Positions 1 through 7,022 of a stretch of 62,441 nt of DNA are shown piece after piece; the stretch's first letter is position 1, and the number at the start of each line of letters is the position of its first letter. The translations under genes were made by a program, and so were the position numbers. A model generated the notes under the pieces. The model saw only the letters and a list, made by a program, of their open reading frames with translations. It was not told the DNA's origin and searched no databases. The stretch comes from Bacilli bacterium (GTDB lineage: Bacteria; Bacillota_I; Bacilli_A; RFN20; CAG-826), in the NCBI GenBank assembly GCA_036657515.1, contig JAVXGI010000004.1:1-62441 (forward strand). The letters run 5' to 3'.

Positions 1-107
1 TGCAAATGATGTTACGAGCATGTGCTTGTGGATAGAAATATCTACAATGTCGAAAGAGTCACTGAAATAACTGACTTGAGTGGTTGCGTTTGTTGACCAC
101 ATATCAC

Positions 108-137
108 GACGATCACCAAAGTGATCGTCTTTTTTTT
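108..137 (+). terminator. Intrinsic terminator closing a + strand transcript that starts outside the window
   Basis: Perfect 9-bp stem GACGATCAC (108-116) / GTGATCGTC (121-129), loop CAAA, then a T-run at 130-137. A short open frame ends at TAA 68-70 just upstream. Confidence 0.6.
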
Positions 138-213
138 ATTTTCCTAGAACCATTATATTAAATTTTAACAATAAATTGATTACAGCTAATATATTCCGTT
201 ATAAAAAAAATAC

Positions 214-250
214 AAATAAAAATATCTGCAATTTCTTGCAGATATTTTAT
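214..250. terminator. Bidirectional hairpin terminator downstream of CDS 260-640
   Basis: Stem ATATCTGCA (222-230) / TGCAGATAT (237-245), loop ATTTCT, A-run before and T-run after. It lies 15 nt from the stop codon at 260. Confidence 0.6.
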
Positions 251-259
251 TGTTTTAAT

Positions 260-640
260 TTATACGTTTTCTGATGGTTCTTCGCCAATTACCGGATCTT
301 CAACTGGATCTTCAGTAAGTTTAAGAGTTGTACGTGCTGTTTTTTTAGTATCTTTAAAAACTAATTTTTCATGTTTGTTAGCAAAGATAAATAAACCAAT
401 AAGTAAGATAACAAGAGCAACAAGAATAAAGATTAATCCCCATATTCTCCATGAAATTGTTAATTTAAATATTTCAGCAGTTTTTTGTTCAGCTATTTTA
501 ATGAAGTTAGCAGGTCCGATATAGTCACCTATAACCGAAAATGTTCCAATGGTTAAACCAAATAAGAACACTACGCCAGCAGAGACGTATGTTGTTATTT
601 CTTTCCATGACATATTAATTTTTTTAGTCTTTTTATCCAT
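260..640 (-). CDS. Small membrane protein, function unknown
   Basis: 126-aa ORF with ATG at 640 preceded by AAGGAG. Two hydrophobic helices (VVFLFGLTIGTF and WGLIFILVALVILLIGLFIF). No family recognised. Confidence 0.6.
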   Translation of the reverse strand: MDKKTKKINMSWKEITTYVSAGVVFLFGLTIGTFSVIGDYIGPANFIKIAEQKTAEIFKLTISWRIWGLIFILVALVILLIGLFIFANKHEKLVFKDTKKTARTTLKLTEDPVEDPVIGEEPSENV

Positions 641-673
641 AATAATTCTCCTTATAGGTTAACTAATTTTTAC

Positions 674-1573
674 TTATTTACTTTCTTTTTCTTGTTTGTT
701 TAGTTCAGCTTTTTTAATTAATGAACCAAGGCATGGACTATATGCTTCTCTCCATGAACTTTCGCCATATATAATAAGTTCGCGAATACTAGCTTCAGTA
801 GATTTAAAGAAATCTTCGAATGTTTTTCCTTCTGGAAGTTGACGTTTTGCTGTCATTAATTCGATAATAACGTTCATAGCATCTTTTGCATCAACATATT
901 TTTGATCATTGGTTGAAGCACTACGAGTAACAAATTCTGTTAAAGAAACAAGTTTACTTAAATCTCTTTCAACATAATTTGAAGCTGCTGTCTTTTCGCC
1001 TTTAGATTCTGATCTAATTTTGTTATATTCTTTAAATTGAGAAATAAGTTCTTGGAATAAGTTAAGAAGTGCAACACCTCTATAATAAATTTCATCCCAG
1101 AAAAGTAAATTCTGAATTGGTTCTTCATCAATTTTATTAGCTGGATTATCGTGTGAAAATTGAATATGAAGTTTAATAATTTGATTAAGTTCTTCATGAA
1201 GTGGAATAACACCTTCAAGTATTTGAACGTGTTGATTCTTATCAACAATTAATTTATCGTTATTAACATGTAAAATAGTTGAATCATCTCCATAAACTAA
1301 ATCTGCAAAATCTTCTAACTTCTTAGCAAGTTCTGCTCCTTTTTCGCCATTGCTGTCGATAAAGTTTTTTAATGGGGAGTTTATTTTTGGTTCATTAGTT
1401 AAACCATTTTTCTTATAATTGTAAAACTCAACACTGTATTCATCTTTGGTTAATACATATTCTAATGTATCTCTTAATAATGAATTGTAATAAACGAAAC
1501 TAGTAATAACAAATGATAATGATTCTTTTAATACCATATCATTTACGTTGACGTCTAATGTTTCTTCTGCCAT
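674..1573 (-). CDS. Hypothetical cytoplasmic protein
   Basis: 299-aa ORF with ATG at 1573 preceded by AAGAGGA, 2 nt after the stop of the upstream HAD gene. No motif recognised. Confidence 0.6.
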   Translation of the reverse strand: MAEETLDVNVNDMVLKESLSFVITSFVYYNSLLRDTLEYVLTKDEYSVEFYNYKKNGLTNEPKINSPLKNFIDSNGEKGAELAKKLEDFADLVYGDDSTILHVNNDKLIVDKNQHVQILEGVIPLHEELNQIIKLHIQFSHDNPANKIDEEPIQNLLFWDEIYYRGVALLNLFQELISQFKEYNKIRSESKGEKTAASNYVERDLSKLVSLTEFVTRSASTNDQKYVDAKDAMNVIIELMTAKRQLPEGKTFEDFFKSTEASIRELIIYGESSWREAYSPCLGSLIKKAELNKQEKESK

Positions 1574-1575
1574 GT

Positions 1576-2427
1576 TTAATCCTCTTTTCCTTTTTTGTTT
1601 AGTATATATTCTTTAATATCATTGAAGTTTCTAATAATATGTTTTGCATATTTTTTAACGGTAGGATCACCATGTTCCATACAGAAACTATTTTCATAAA
1701 AGTCCTTGAACATCGTGATATCGTTTCCTGAATCTCCAACAACATATAAGTCTTCTTTATTATAGCCATGTTCTTTTAAATACCAAGAAATACCTGCTGA
1801 TTTTGATGCTCCGGTTGGTGTAAGTTCAATTGCTTTGCCACTCCAACTAATTTCACAAAATTTGTCATAAGTATTAAGGTATTTGTTTACGATTGACGTA
1901 TAGGCTATCTTCTGTTTAGATACTCCAAACATTACCATACATTTATACATATTATTTTTTAAAATCGATGCATAGAAATTTGAATTTTCTATTTTATACG
2001 ATTCGCGATAGCTGCATTGAAATAAGTTATAAATAGGATAAAGTATCTTATACATAAGCTTATATCTAAACATTCTAATCACACAATTCTCATCTTTAGA
2101 CATTCCAACAAAAGAAATCGGTTCAAATTTATCAATTAATGATTCCAAGAAAACTAATAACTTTTGTCCATCAAATGTTTTTTCACATTTAACAATACCA
2201 TCTTCATAAACGTAAGCAAAATTGCATCCAATGAACGTAATTGGACGTCCAATTTTTTTCTCAACTCTTTTTGCAAAGTTGATGTTTCGGCCAGAAACTA
2301 TAACAATTTTGTTTCCTGCGTCATAGAACTCTCTTAAAAACTCGAGATTCTTTCGAGGAATCATGATTAGACGTCTTTTTGGAAAAAATAGCGTACCATC
2401 AAGGTCAGTTGCTAATATTTTTGGCAT
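1576..2427 (-). CDS. Cof-type HAD-IIB phosphatase
   Basis: N-terminal DLDGTL (HAD motif I) and C-terminal GDSGNDITMF (motif IV). The 283-aa length fits Cof-like sugar-phosphatases. Confidence 0.85.
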   Translation of the reverse strand: MPKILATDLDGTLFFPKRRLIMIPRKNLEFLREFYDAGNKIVIVSGRNINFAKRVEKKIGRPITFIGCNFAYVYEDGIVKCEKTFDGQKLLVFLESLIDKFEPISFVGMSKDENCVIRMFRYKLMYKILYPIYNLFQCSYRESYKIENSNFYASILKNNMYKCMVMFGVSKQKIAYTSIVNKYLNTYDKFCEISWSGKAIELTPTGASKSAGISWYLKEHGYNKEDLYVVGDSGNDITMFKDFYENSFCMEHGDPTVKKYAKHIIRNFNDIKEYILNKKGKED

Positions 2428-2433
2428 ATAAAA

Positions 2434-2462
2434 ATTATATAATAGATTTTACGTATTAACAA
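2434..2462 (-). promoter_or_regulatory. Sigma-A type promoter TTGTTA-17-TATAAT only 6 nt from the HAD gene ATG (leaderless mRNA candidate)
   Basis: On the minus strand: TTGTTA (2462-2457), 17-nt spacer, TATAAT (2439-2434), TTTTAT, then ATG at 2427. No Shine-Dalgarno sequence is present. Confidence 0.55.
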
Positions 2463-2482
2463 ACTATTATTATATATAATAA

Positions 2483-3034
2483 TTATTTAAGTTCGTTTTC
2501 AACTTCAATAACACCATATCCGCCAGCGTTACGTGAATAAACGACTGATAATTTGTTCTCATCAATGTCTCTATATACATAAAAACTATGTCCTAATGCT
2601 TGCATGTGGGCAATAGCTTCATCTAGTGTTGTTTCTTCTGCATAAATCGATTTAGTTCTAACAACTTCCATGTTATTTTCTTCTTCAACTTCATCAATTA
2701 AATTCTCAATAACAACTGCTCTTCCTAAACTTACTTTATTTTTTCTTCTATCCATTCTTGTCTTAACTTTTCTCATTTGGCCTTCAAGTTTTTCAACTGA
2801 TAAGTCAATAGCAGTATATAAATCATCGTCATAAACTTCAGCTCTAAATTCAAAGACTGGTGTAAAAATTGTAACTTCAGCTTTAGCTCCTATCTTATAT
2901 GATCTAACTAATACTCTAGCGTGAACTTCTTCTTCGAAATTAAAGTATTTGTCCATTTTTGAAATTTTCTTTTCTGCGGCTTCCCTAATTGCATCAGTAA
3001 CTCTAATGTTTTTGCCAACTACTTGAATTTTCAT
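2483..3034 (-). CDS. hpf: Ribosome hibernation promoting factor, long form
   Basis: 183 aa. N-terminal S30AE/YfiA-like domain (MKIQVVGKNIRVTDAIREAAEKK) plus a C-terminal dimerisation domain (SFYVYRDIDENKLSVVYSRNAGGYGVIE). AAAGGAG precedes the ATG. Confidence 0.9.
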   Translation of the reverse strand: MKIQVVGKNIRVTDAIREAAEKKISKMDKYFNFEEEVHARVLVRSYKIGAKAEVTIFTPVFEFRAEVYDDDLYTAIDLSVEKLEGQMRKVKTRMDRRKNKVSLGRAVVIENLIDEVEEENNMEVVRTKSIYAEETTLDEAIAHMQALGHSFYVYRDIDENKLSVVYSRNAGGYGVIEVENELK

Positions 3035-3150
3035 AATTAATCTCCTTTATTGATTATTGTAAACGTCTCGTATGCCTACTTATATTATATCTTAAAACAG
3101 CAAGAATTAAATGTTTTTGACAAAATATTTTCTTTTTATTTTTAAAACAT

Positions 3151-3193
3151 AAAACCCCCATATCTTTTAAATTTCTAAAGATATGGGGGTTTT
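3151..3193 (-). terminator. Strong hairpin terminator after metK
   Basis: 17-bp arms AAAACCCCCATATCTTT (3151-3167) / AAAGATATGGGGGTTTT (3177-3193), 10 nt from the metK stop at 3204. Confidence 0.75.
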
Positions 3194-3203
3194 GCAGTCT
3201 AAT

Positions 3204-4388
3204 TTAAAGAATTGGTGTACAATCTTTCAATATTTGTTTAATTTCTTCTACTTTATTTAAGCTTTCCCAAGGTAAGATAATATCGCTTCTACCAAAATGG
3301 CCATAAGAGGCAACATCGAAATATTTAAAATCAGGAGTTTTAAGATTAAATGCTTTAATAATTGCGGCTGGTCTACAATCAAATACATTATCAATAATAT
3401 ATAAAATAACATCATCATTATATTTTGCGGTTTTAAATGTACTTACTGAAATTGACATTGGTTTAGCAACTCCAATTGCATAAGATAACTGTATTTCTAT
3501 ACGATCAGCAACTCCAGCTGCAACTAAGTTTTTAGCAATATAACGAGCGTAATATGTTGCACTTCTATCAACTTTGCTTGGATCTTTTCCACTAAAAGCT
3601 CCACCTCCGTGTCGAGCACTTCCACCATACGTATCAACAATAATTTTTCTACCAGTTAAACCAGTATCACCTGTTGGTCCACCAATAATAAAGCTTCCAG
3701 TTGGATTAATAAGATATTTGAAGTCAATATTTAATCCATATGATTGAGCTACTTTAACCATTATTTCATCATGGATATATTTTTTAAATTCACTTTCAAC
3801 AAAATTTGGATCGTGTTGAACCGACATTAATACACTATCAATTAAAATATTATTTGGATCAGTATAATCAATTGTTACTTGCGATTTCATATCAGGACGA
3901 GCAGATTTAAATTCTCCTGATTTTCTTAAAGAAGTAGCGATTCTAACAAGTTTATGAGCAATCGAAATCGCAAGTGGCATATAGCCTTTTGTTTCGTTTG
4001 TTGCATAACCAAACATAATTCCTTGGTCTCCTGCACCTTGTTCCATTTCTTCTGATCTTAGAATACCACGTGATATATCAGGACTTTGTTCCTTAATTTT
4101 ATTCACAATATTAACTGTTTTATAATTAAATCCGTATTCTTCTTTATCATATCCTATTTCTTTAATTACATTACGAGCAACTTCCTCATAATTAACTTTA
4201 GCTTTAGTAGTGATTTCTCCACCTATTACTAAAAATCCTTCTGTTGCATAACATTCACAAGCAACACGTGAATCTTTATCTTGAGCTAAACATGCATCAA
4301 GTATAGCATCGCTTACTTGATCACATAATTTATCAGGATGTCCTTCACTAACAGATTCACTTGTAAATAAAATCTTTTCTTTTTCCAT
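3204..4388 (-). CDS. metK: S-adenosylmethionine synthetase
   Basis: Motifs GHPDKLCDQVSDA, GAGDQGIMFGYA and GGGAFSGKDPSKVDRS. I place the start at ATG 4388 (MEKEKILF, preceded by AAAGGAG). The longer track start at 4430 lies inside the leader terminator hairpin. Confidence 0.95.
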   Translation of the reverse strand: MEKEKILFTSESVSEGHPDKLCDQVSDAILDACLAQDKDSRVACECYATEGFLVIGGEITTKAKVNYEEVARNVIKEIGYDKEEYGFNYKTVNIVNKIKEQSPDISRGILRSEEMEQGAGDQGIMFGYATNETKGYMPLAISIAHKLVRIATSLRKSGEFKSARPDMKSQVTIDYTDPNNILIDSVLMSVQHDPNFVESEFKKYIHDEIMVKVAQSYGLNIDFKYLINPTGSFIIGGPTGDTGLTGRKIIVDTYGGSARHGGGAFSGKDPSKVDRSATYYARYIAKNLVAAGVADRIEIQLSYAIGVAKPMSISVSTFKTAKYNDDVILYIIDNVFDCRPAAIIKAFNLKTPDFKYFDVASYGHFGRSDIILPWESLNKVEEIKQILKDCTPIL

Positions 4389-4404
4389 ATATATCTCCTT
4401 TGCT

Positions 4405-4563
4405 TTAATAAAAAAAGCATTCTTCCACAAAAGGAAGAATGCTTAATAATGCAATTCTACTTATCGTCCAGAATGTGGAATTCTGCTGCGAGAGAGCACT
4501 TACTAATACTAATTAGAGTTGCTTTCATCATTTTTCACTCGCTATTGATGAGTCTTGATAAGT
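4405..4563 (-). promoter_or_regulatory. S-box (SAM-I)-like riboswitch leader with intrinsic terminator upstream of metK
   Basis: Minus-strand RNA has P1 ACUUAUC (4563-4557) / GAUAAGU (4465-4459). Shared S-box blocks are CUUAUCAAGA, GAUGAAAGCAAC, GUGC and a CAGAAU/AUUCUG P4 hairpin. Then comes the terminator AAGCAUUCUUCC / GGAAGAAUGCUU (4444-4415) plus a U-run. The canonical GAGGGA/GGCCC core is not obvious. Confidence 0.55.
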
Positions 4564-4569
4564 ACAAAT

Positions 4570-4598
4570 AGTATATAAAAAACTAAGCAAAATATCAA
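4570..4598 (-). promoter_or_regulatory. metK leader promoter TTGATA-17-TATACT
   Basis: Minus strand: TTGATA (4598-4593), exact 17-nt spacer, TATACT (4575-4570). The predicted start near A 4563 coincides with the first base of riboswitch P1. Confidence 0.6.
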
Positions 4599-4740
4599 CA
4601 AATTTATACATTTTTTTACAATTATTCTGATTGACTTTTGGTTAGTTCCTAACTACAAATTGGGAAGTAATCAAAAGTTAATCGTATAAAGTTTTACTTA
4701 AAATTTAATTGTGTTTTTTTATCTAAAAAACACCTCTTTT

Positions 4741-4793
4741 ATAAATAAAAGATAAATAGTGCTACAAAACTTCAATGTTTTATAGCACTATTT
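4741..4793 (-). terminator. Terminator after the pduL/TSCPD gene pair
   Basis: 11-bp arms AAATAGTGCTA (4754-4764) / TAGCACTATTT (4783-4793) with inner AAAAC/GTTTT pairing. A T-rich tract follows on the minus strand, and the hairpin abuts the stop at 4795. Confidence 0.65.
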
Positions 4794-4794
4794 A

Positions 4795-5052
4795 TTATTT
4801 TAAATTTAAGATTTCTTTAAATGCAATACTTAGTTGATCAGGACATGATGTTGATTTAAATCCACATTTAATGCCTTTAAGACGATTAATAGCTTCTTCT
4901 AATTTCATTCCTTTAACAAGGGAAGAAATACCTCTAAGATTACCAGAACATCCACCAACTACTTCAAGATCTAAAATAGTATCATTTTCATACGTAATAA
5001 TCATTTGTCTACTACAAACACCATGAGGTTTAAAAGTATAGATATTAGGCAT
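4795..5052 (-). CDS. TSCPD-domain small cysteine protein (TIGR03905-like), function unknown
   Basis: Contains a literal TSCPDQ motif plus GGCSGNLRGIS and HGVCSRQ. The start is taken at ATG 5052 (MPNIYTF), which overlaps the pduL stop by 8 nt. The track TTG start at 5115 is inside pduL. Confidence 0.7.
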   Translation of the reverse strand: MPNIYTFKPHGVCSRQMIITYENDTILDLEVVGGCSGNLRGISSLVKGMKLEEAINRLKGIKCGFKSTSCPDQLSIAFKEILNLK

Positions 5053-5623
5053 GTTTAATGATTTCTCCAAAGACTTGACCACTGCATGATGCAGCATTTG
5101 CTTCATCAGTATCAATATGCATTGCTAAGGCAAAGTTATCGTTAACTCTTATAACAACGTCTCCTAAGATACATGATCTATTAGGTGTATCTAATTTAAC
5201 TGAGACTATTTCTCCGTTTTTAACACCATATTCTTTAGCATCAGCCTCGGTCATATGGATATGACGTTTTGCAACAATTAAACCTTCAGTTAATTCGATT
5301 TCACCAACTGGTCCAACAATTTTTATTGGAGCAGAACCTGCAATATCTCCTGATTCTCTAACTGGAGCAGCAACTCCTAAAGTACGAGCATCAGTTAAAG
5401 ATACTTCAACTTGGCTTGCCTTTCTTACTGGTCCTAATATTGAAACACCAGCTATTTCGTTTTTTGGTCCTACTAATTTAAGCTTTGTTTCACTGACATA
5501 TTGTCCTGGTTGGGATAAATATTTTTTTACTGTTAAAGCAAATCCTTTACCACAGACTTTTTCAAGATCCTCTTGAGTTAAGTGAATATGTCTTGCACTT
5601 GTTTCTACTAAAATTTTATTCAT
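5045..5623 (-). CDS. pduL: Phosphate propanoyl/acetyl-transferase PduL
   Basis: Two tandem PduL half-domains, each with the signature RHIH (SARHIHLTQEDLEK and AKRHIHMTEADAKE). 192 aa. Confidence 0.85.
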   Translation of the reverse strand: MNKILVETSARHIHLTQEDLEKVCGKGFALTVKKYLSQPGQYVSETKLKLVGPKNEIAGVSILGPVRKASQVEVSLTDARTLGVAAPVRESGDIAGSAPIKIVGPVGEIELTEGLIVAKRHIHMTEADAKEYGVKNGEIVSVKLDTPNRSCILGDVVIRVNDNFALAMHIDTDEANAASCSGQVFGEIIKHA

Positions 5624-5687
5624 ACTTATATCTCCTTGCGCTTATTATTTTAGCACAAATAAAACGAATAATTTACTAATATGTTTA

Positions 5688-5716
5688 TTGTTTATTCGCT
5701 ATATTTGTAGTAATAT
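5688..5716 (+). promoter_or_regulatory. Promoter TTGTTT-17-TAATAT 7 nt upstream of the GtrA-family gene ATG (leaderless candidate)
   Basis: TTGTTT (5688-5693), 17-nt spacer, TAATAT (5711-5716), then TTAATTC and ATG at 5724. No SD. Confidence 0.45.
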
Positions 5717-5723
5717 TTAATTC

Positions 5724-6254
5724 ATGAAACAAGATACCAGAACTAAGGAAATTATTCGTTTTATAGTTGTAGGATTAATAGCTACAATTATCGATTATTT
5801 AATTAGATTAGCTATTATACAAGTTTTACCAGAAACAATTGGTCAAAACGGTATTTTAGCAATTCAATATACCATTGGATTTTCAATATCTTGTATTATA
5901 AATTATGCTTTAAGTGCAATCTGGGTTTTTAAAGGCGTAGATAAAAAGAGTCAAAAATCTTTATTAACTATGGTAAAGTTTCTTATTTTTGCTGCTATCG
6001 GATTCTTTATTGGATTAGGTTTAACTTATTTAGGAGATTATATTTCTCAAGTATCGTTTAATGTTTCTATTATTGACTTCAAGATTATAGAATTCTTTAA
6101 AAACTTTAATTTAGCTGATACAAGATTCTGGTGTTATACCTTAACATTTATGTTTAGTACCTTAATAGTATTAATATTTAACTATATCACAAGAAAGAAA
6201 TTTGTATTTTACAAAACAAAAGAGCAAAATACGAAAGATATTAACAAAGATTAA
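5724..6254 (+). CDS. GtrA-family membrane protein
   Basis: 176 aa with four hydrophobic segments. N-terminal RFIVVGLIATIIDY and C-terminal ITRKKFVF are typical of GtrA-like proteins. Confidence 0.7.
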   Translation: MKQDTRTKEIIRFIVVGLIATIIDYLIRLAIIQVLPETIGQNGILAIQYTIGFSISCIINYALSAIWVFKGVDKKSQKSLLTMVKFLIFAAIGFFIGLGLTYLGDYISQVSFNVSIIDFKIIEFFKNFNLADTRFWCYTLTFMFSTLIVLIFNYITRKKFVFYKTKEQNTKDINKD

Positions 6255-6300
6255 TTATTTTAGTTGTTCAATTTCTACTTTTATTATATAATTTTCATAT

Positions 6301-6385
6301 GCGCGAATGGCGGAACTGGTAGACGCGTACGTTTGAGGGGCGTATAGGGTAACCTGTGTGAGTTCGATTCTCATTTCGCGCACCA
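6301..6385 (+). tRNA. tRNA-Leu (anticodon GAG), CCA encoded
   Basis: Acceptor GCGCGAA/TTCGCGC, anticodon stem TACGT/GCGTA with loop TTGAGGG, long variable arm, T-arm GAGTTCGATTCTC, 3' ACCA. Confidence 0.9.
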
Positions 6386-6399
6386 TTTGTAAAAAATAC

Positions 6400-6432
6400 G
6401 AAGGCATACAGTAATGTGTGCCTTCTTTTTTT
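6400..6432 (+). terminator. Terminator after tRNA-Leu(GAG)
   Basis: Stem GAAGGCATAC / GTGTGCCTTC (one G-U pair) followed by a T-run at 6426-6432. Confidence 0.7.
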
Positions 6433-6585
6433 ATTTATATTTAAAGTTAGTCGGTAAAAATCTAATATAGCTAAATAAAAAAAGAAATTTTTTACGTGAC
6501 CACTTTTTTACTTGATACGAACCAAAATAATTCAAATAGTCTTGTATACAAAAGAAATTTATAATACAATACGGCAGGGTAAATT

Positions 6586-6978
6586 ATGAAAATTATATTA
6601 ACAAACATGTGCATGCTTATAGATAAAAAAACTGGAAAGATTCTTGTTGAAAATCGTACTAAAAATGATTGGCCAGGATTAACTTTTCCTGGTGGTCACG
6701 TTGAAGAAGATGAAGGTCTTGAAGAAGCTGTTAAAAGAGAGATGTTTGAAGAAACAGGTCTTCTTATTAATAATCCAAAACTTGCTAACGCAATCGAATG
6801 GATCATTGATGGCGTTAGACATTTATCAATTCTTTACAATTGCGATTCCTATTCAGGAGAACTTCACTCCTCGTGGGAAGGAGAAGTCTTCTGGATTCTA
6901 CCAGAAGAAATCAAAAATTATAAACTTTCTAATGATTTTGAAATCATTTATAACAAAATAAAACCATCTCAGGAATGA
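6586..6978 (+). CDS. NUDIX hydrolase (MutT-like)
   Basis: Nudix box GGHVEEDEGLEEAVKREMFEETG. 130 aa. Confidence 0.85.
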   Translation: MKIILTNMCMLIDKKTGKILVENRTKNDWPGLTFPGGHVEEDEGLEEAVKREMFEETGLLINNPKLANAIEWIIDGVRHLSILYNCDSYSGELHSSWEGEVFWILPEEIKNYKLSNDFEIIYNKIKPSQE

Positions 6979-6989
6979 GATGGTTTTTT
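6961..6989 (+). terminator. Terminator overlapping the NUDIX stop codon
   Basis: AAACCATCTC (6961-6970) / GAGATGGTTT (6977-6986) followed by a T-run. TGA at 6976-6978 spans the loop/stem junction. Confidence 0.7.
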
Positions 6990-6995
6990 AAATAT

Positions 6996-7022
6996 AGTGA
7001 GGTTCTGCAGTCTATTTTGAAA
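6996..7022 (+). repeat. Copy 1 of an 18-nt exact (27-nt, 2-mismatch) dispersed repeat AGTGAGGTTCTGCAGTCT
   Basis: Identical 18-mer at 41095-41112. The next 9 nt match at 7 positions. This copy overlaps the last codons and stop of gpmI on the opposite strand. Confidence 0.8.

Noticed and set aside
1-70. Possible 3' end of a + strand CDS (frame 2, ending TAA 68-70) or small RNA before the terminator at 108-137
   Set aside because: Only 22 codons are visible and no motif is recognisable, so coding versus non-coding cannot be decided from this fragment.
4389-4430. Longer N-terminal extensions offered by the ORF track (metK at 4430, SuhB-like at 18429, rpoE at 19762, gltX at 23218, recA at 38031, CCA-like at 43191, cmk at 45616, fdx at 46075, parB at 47159, sufB at 51985, sufC at 55210, rSAM at 56738, adaptor-like at 57516)
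   Set aside because: In each case a downstream ATG has a proper SD or promoter and matches the conserved N-terminus of the family. The extension starts at GTG, TTG or ATG inside a terminator hairpin or the preceding gene.
4631-4745. Candidate small + strand transcript between the metK leader and the pduL terminator (TTGACT-17-TACAAA, then hairpin GTGTTTTTT/AAAAAACAC)
   Set aside because: The -10 match is poor (TACAAA) and the hairpin is almost pure A-U. No conserved structure or ORF is apparent, so this is most likely just spacer DNA.
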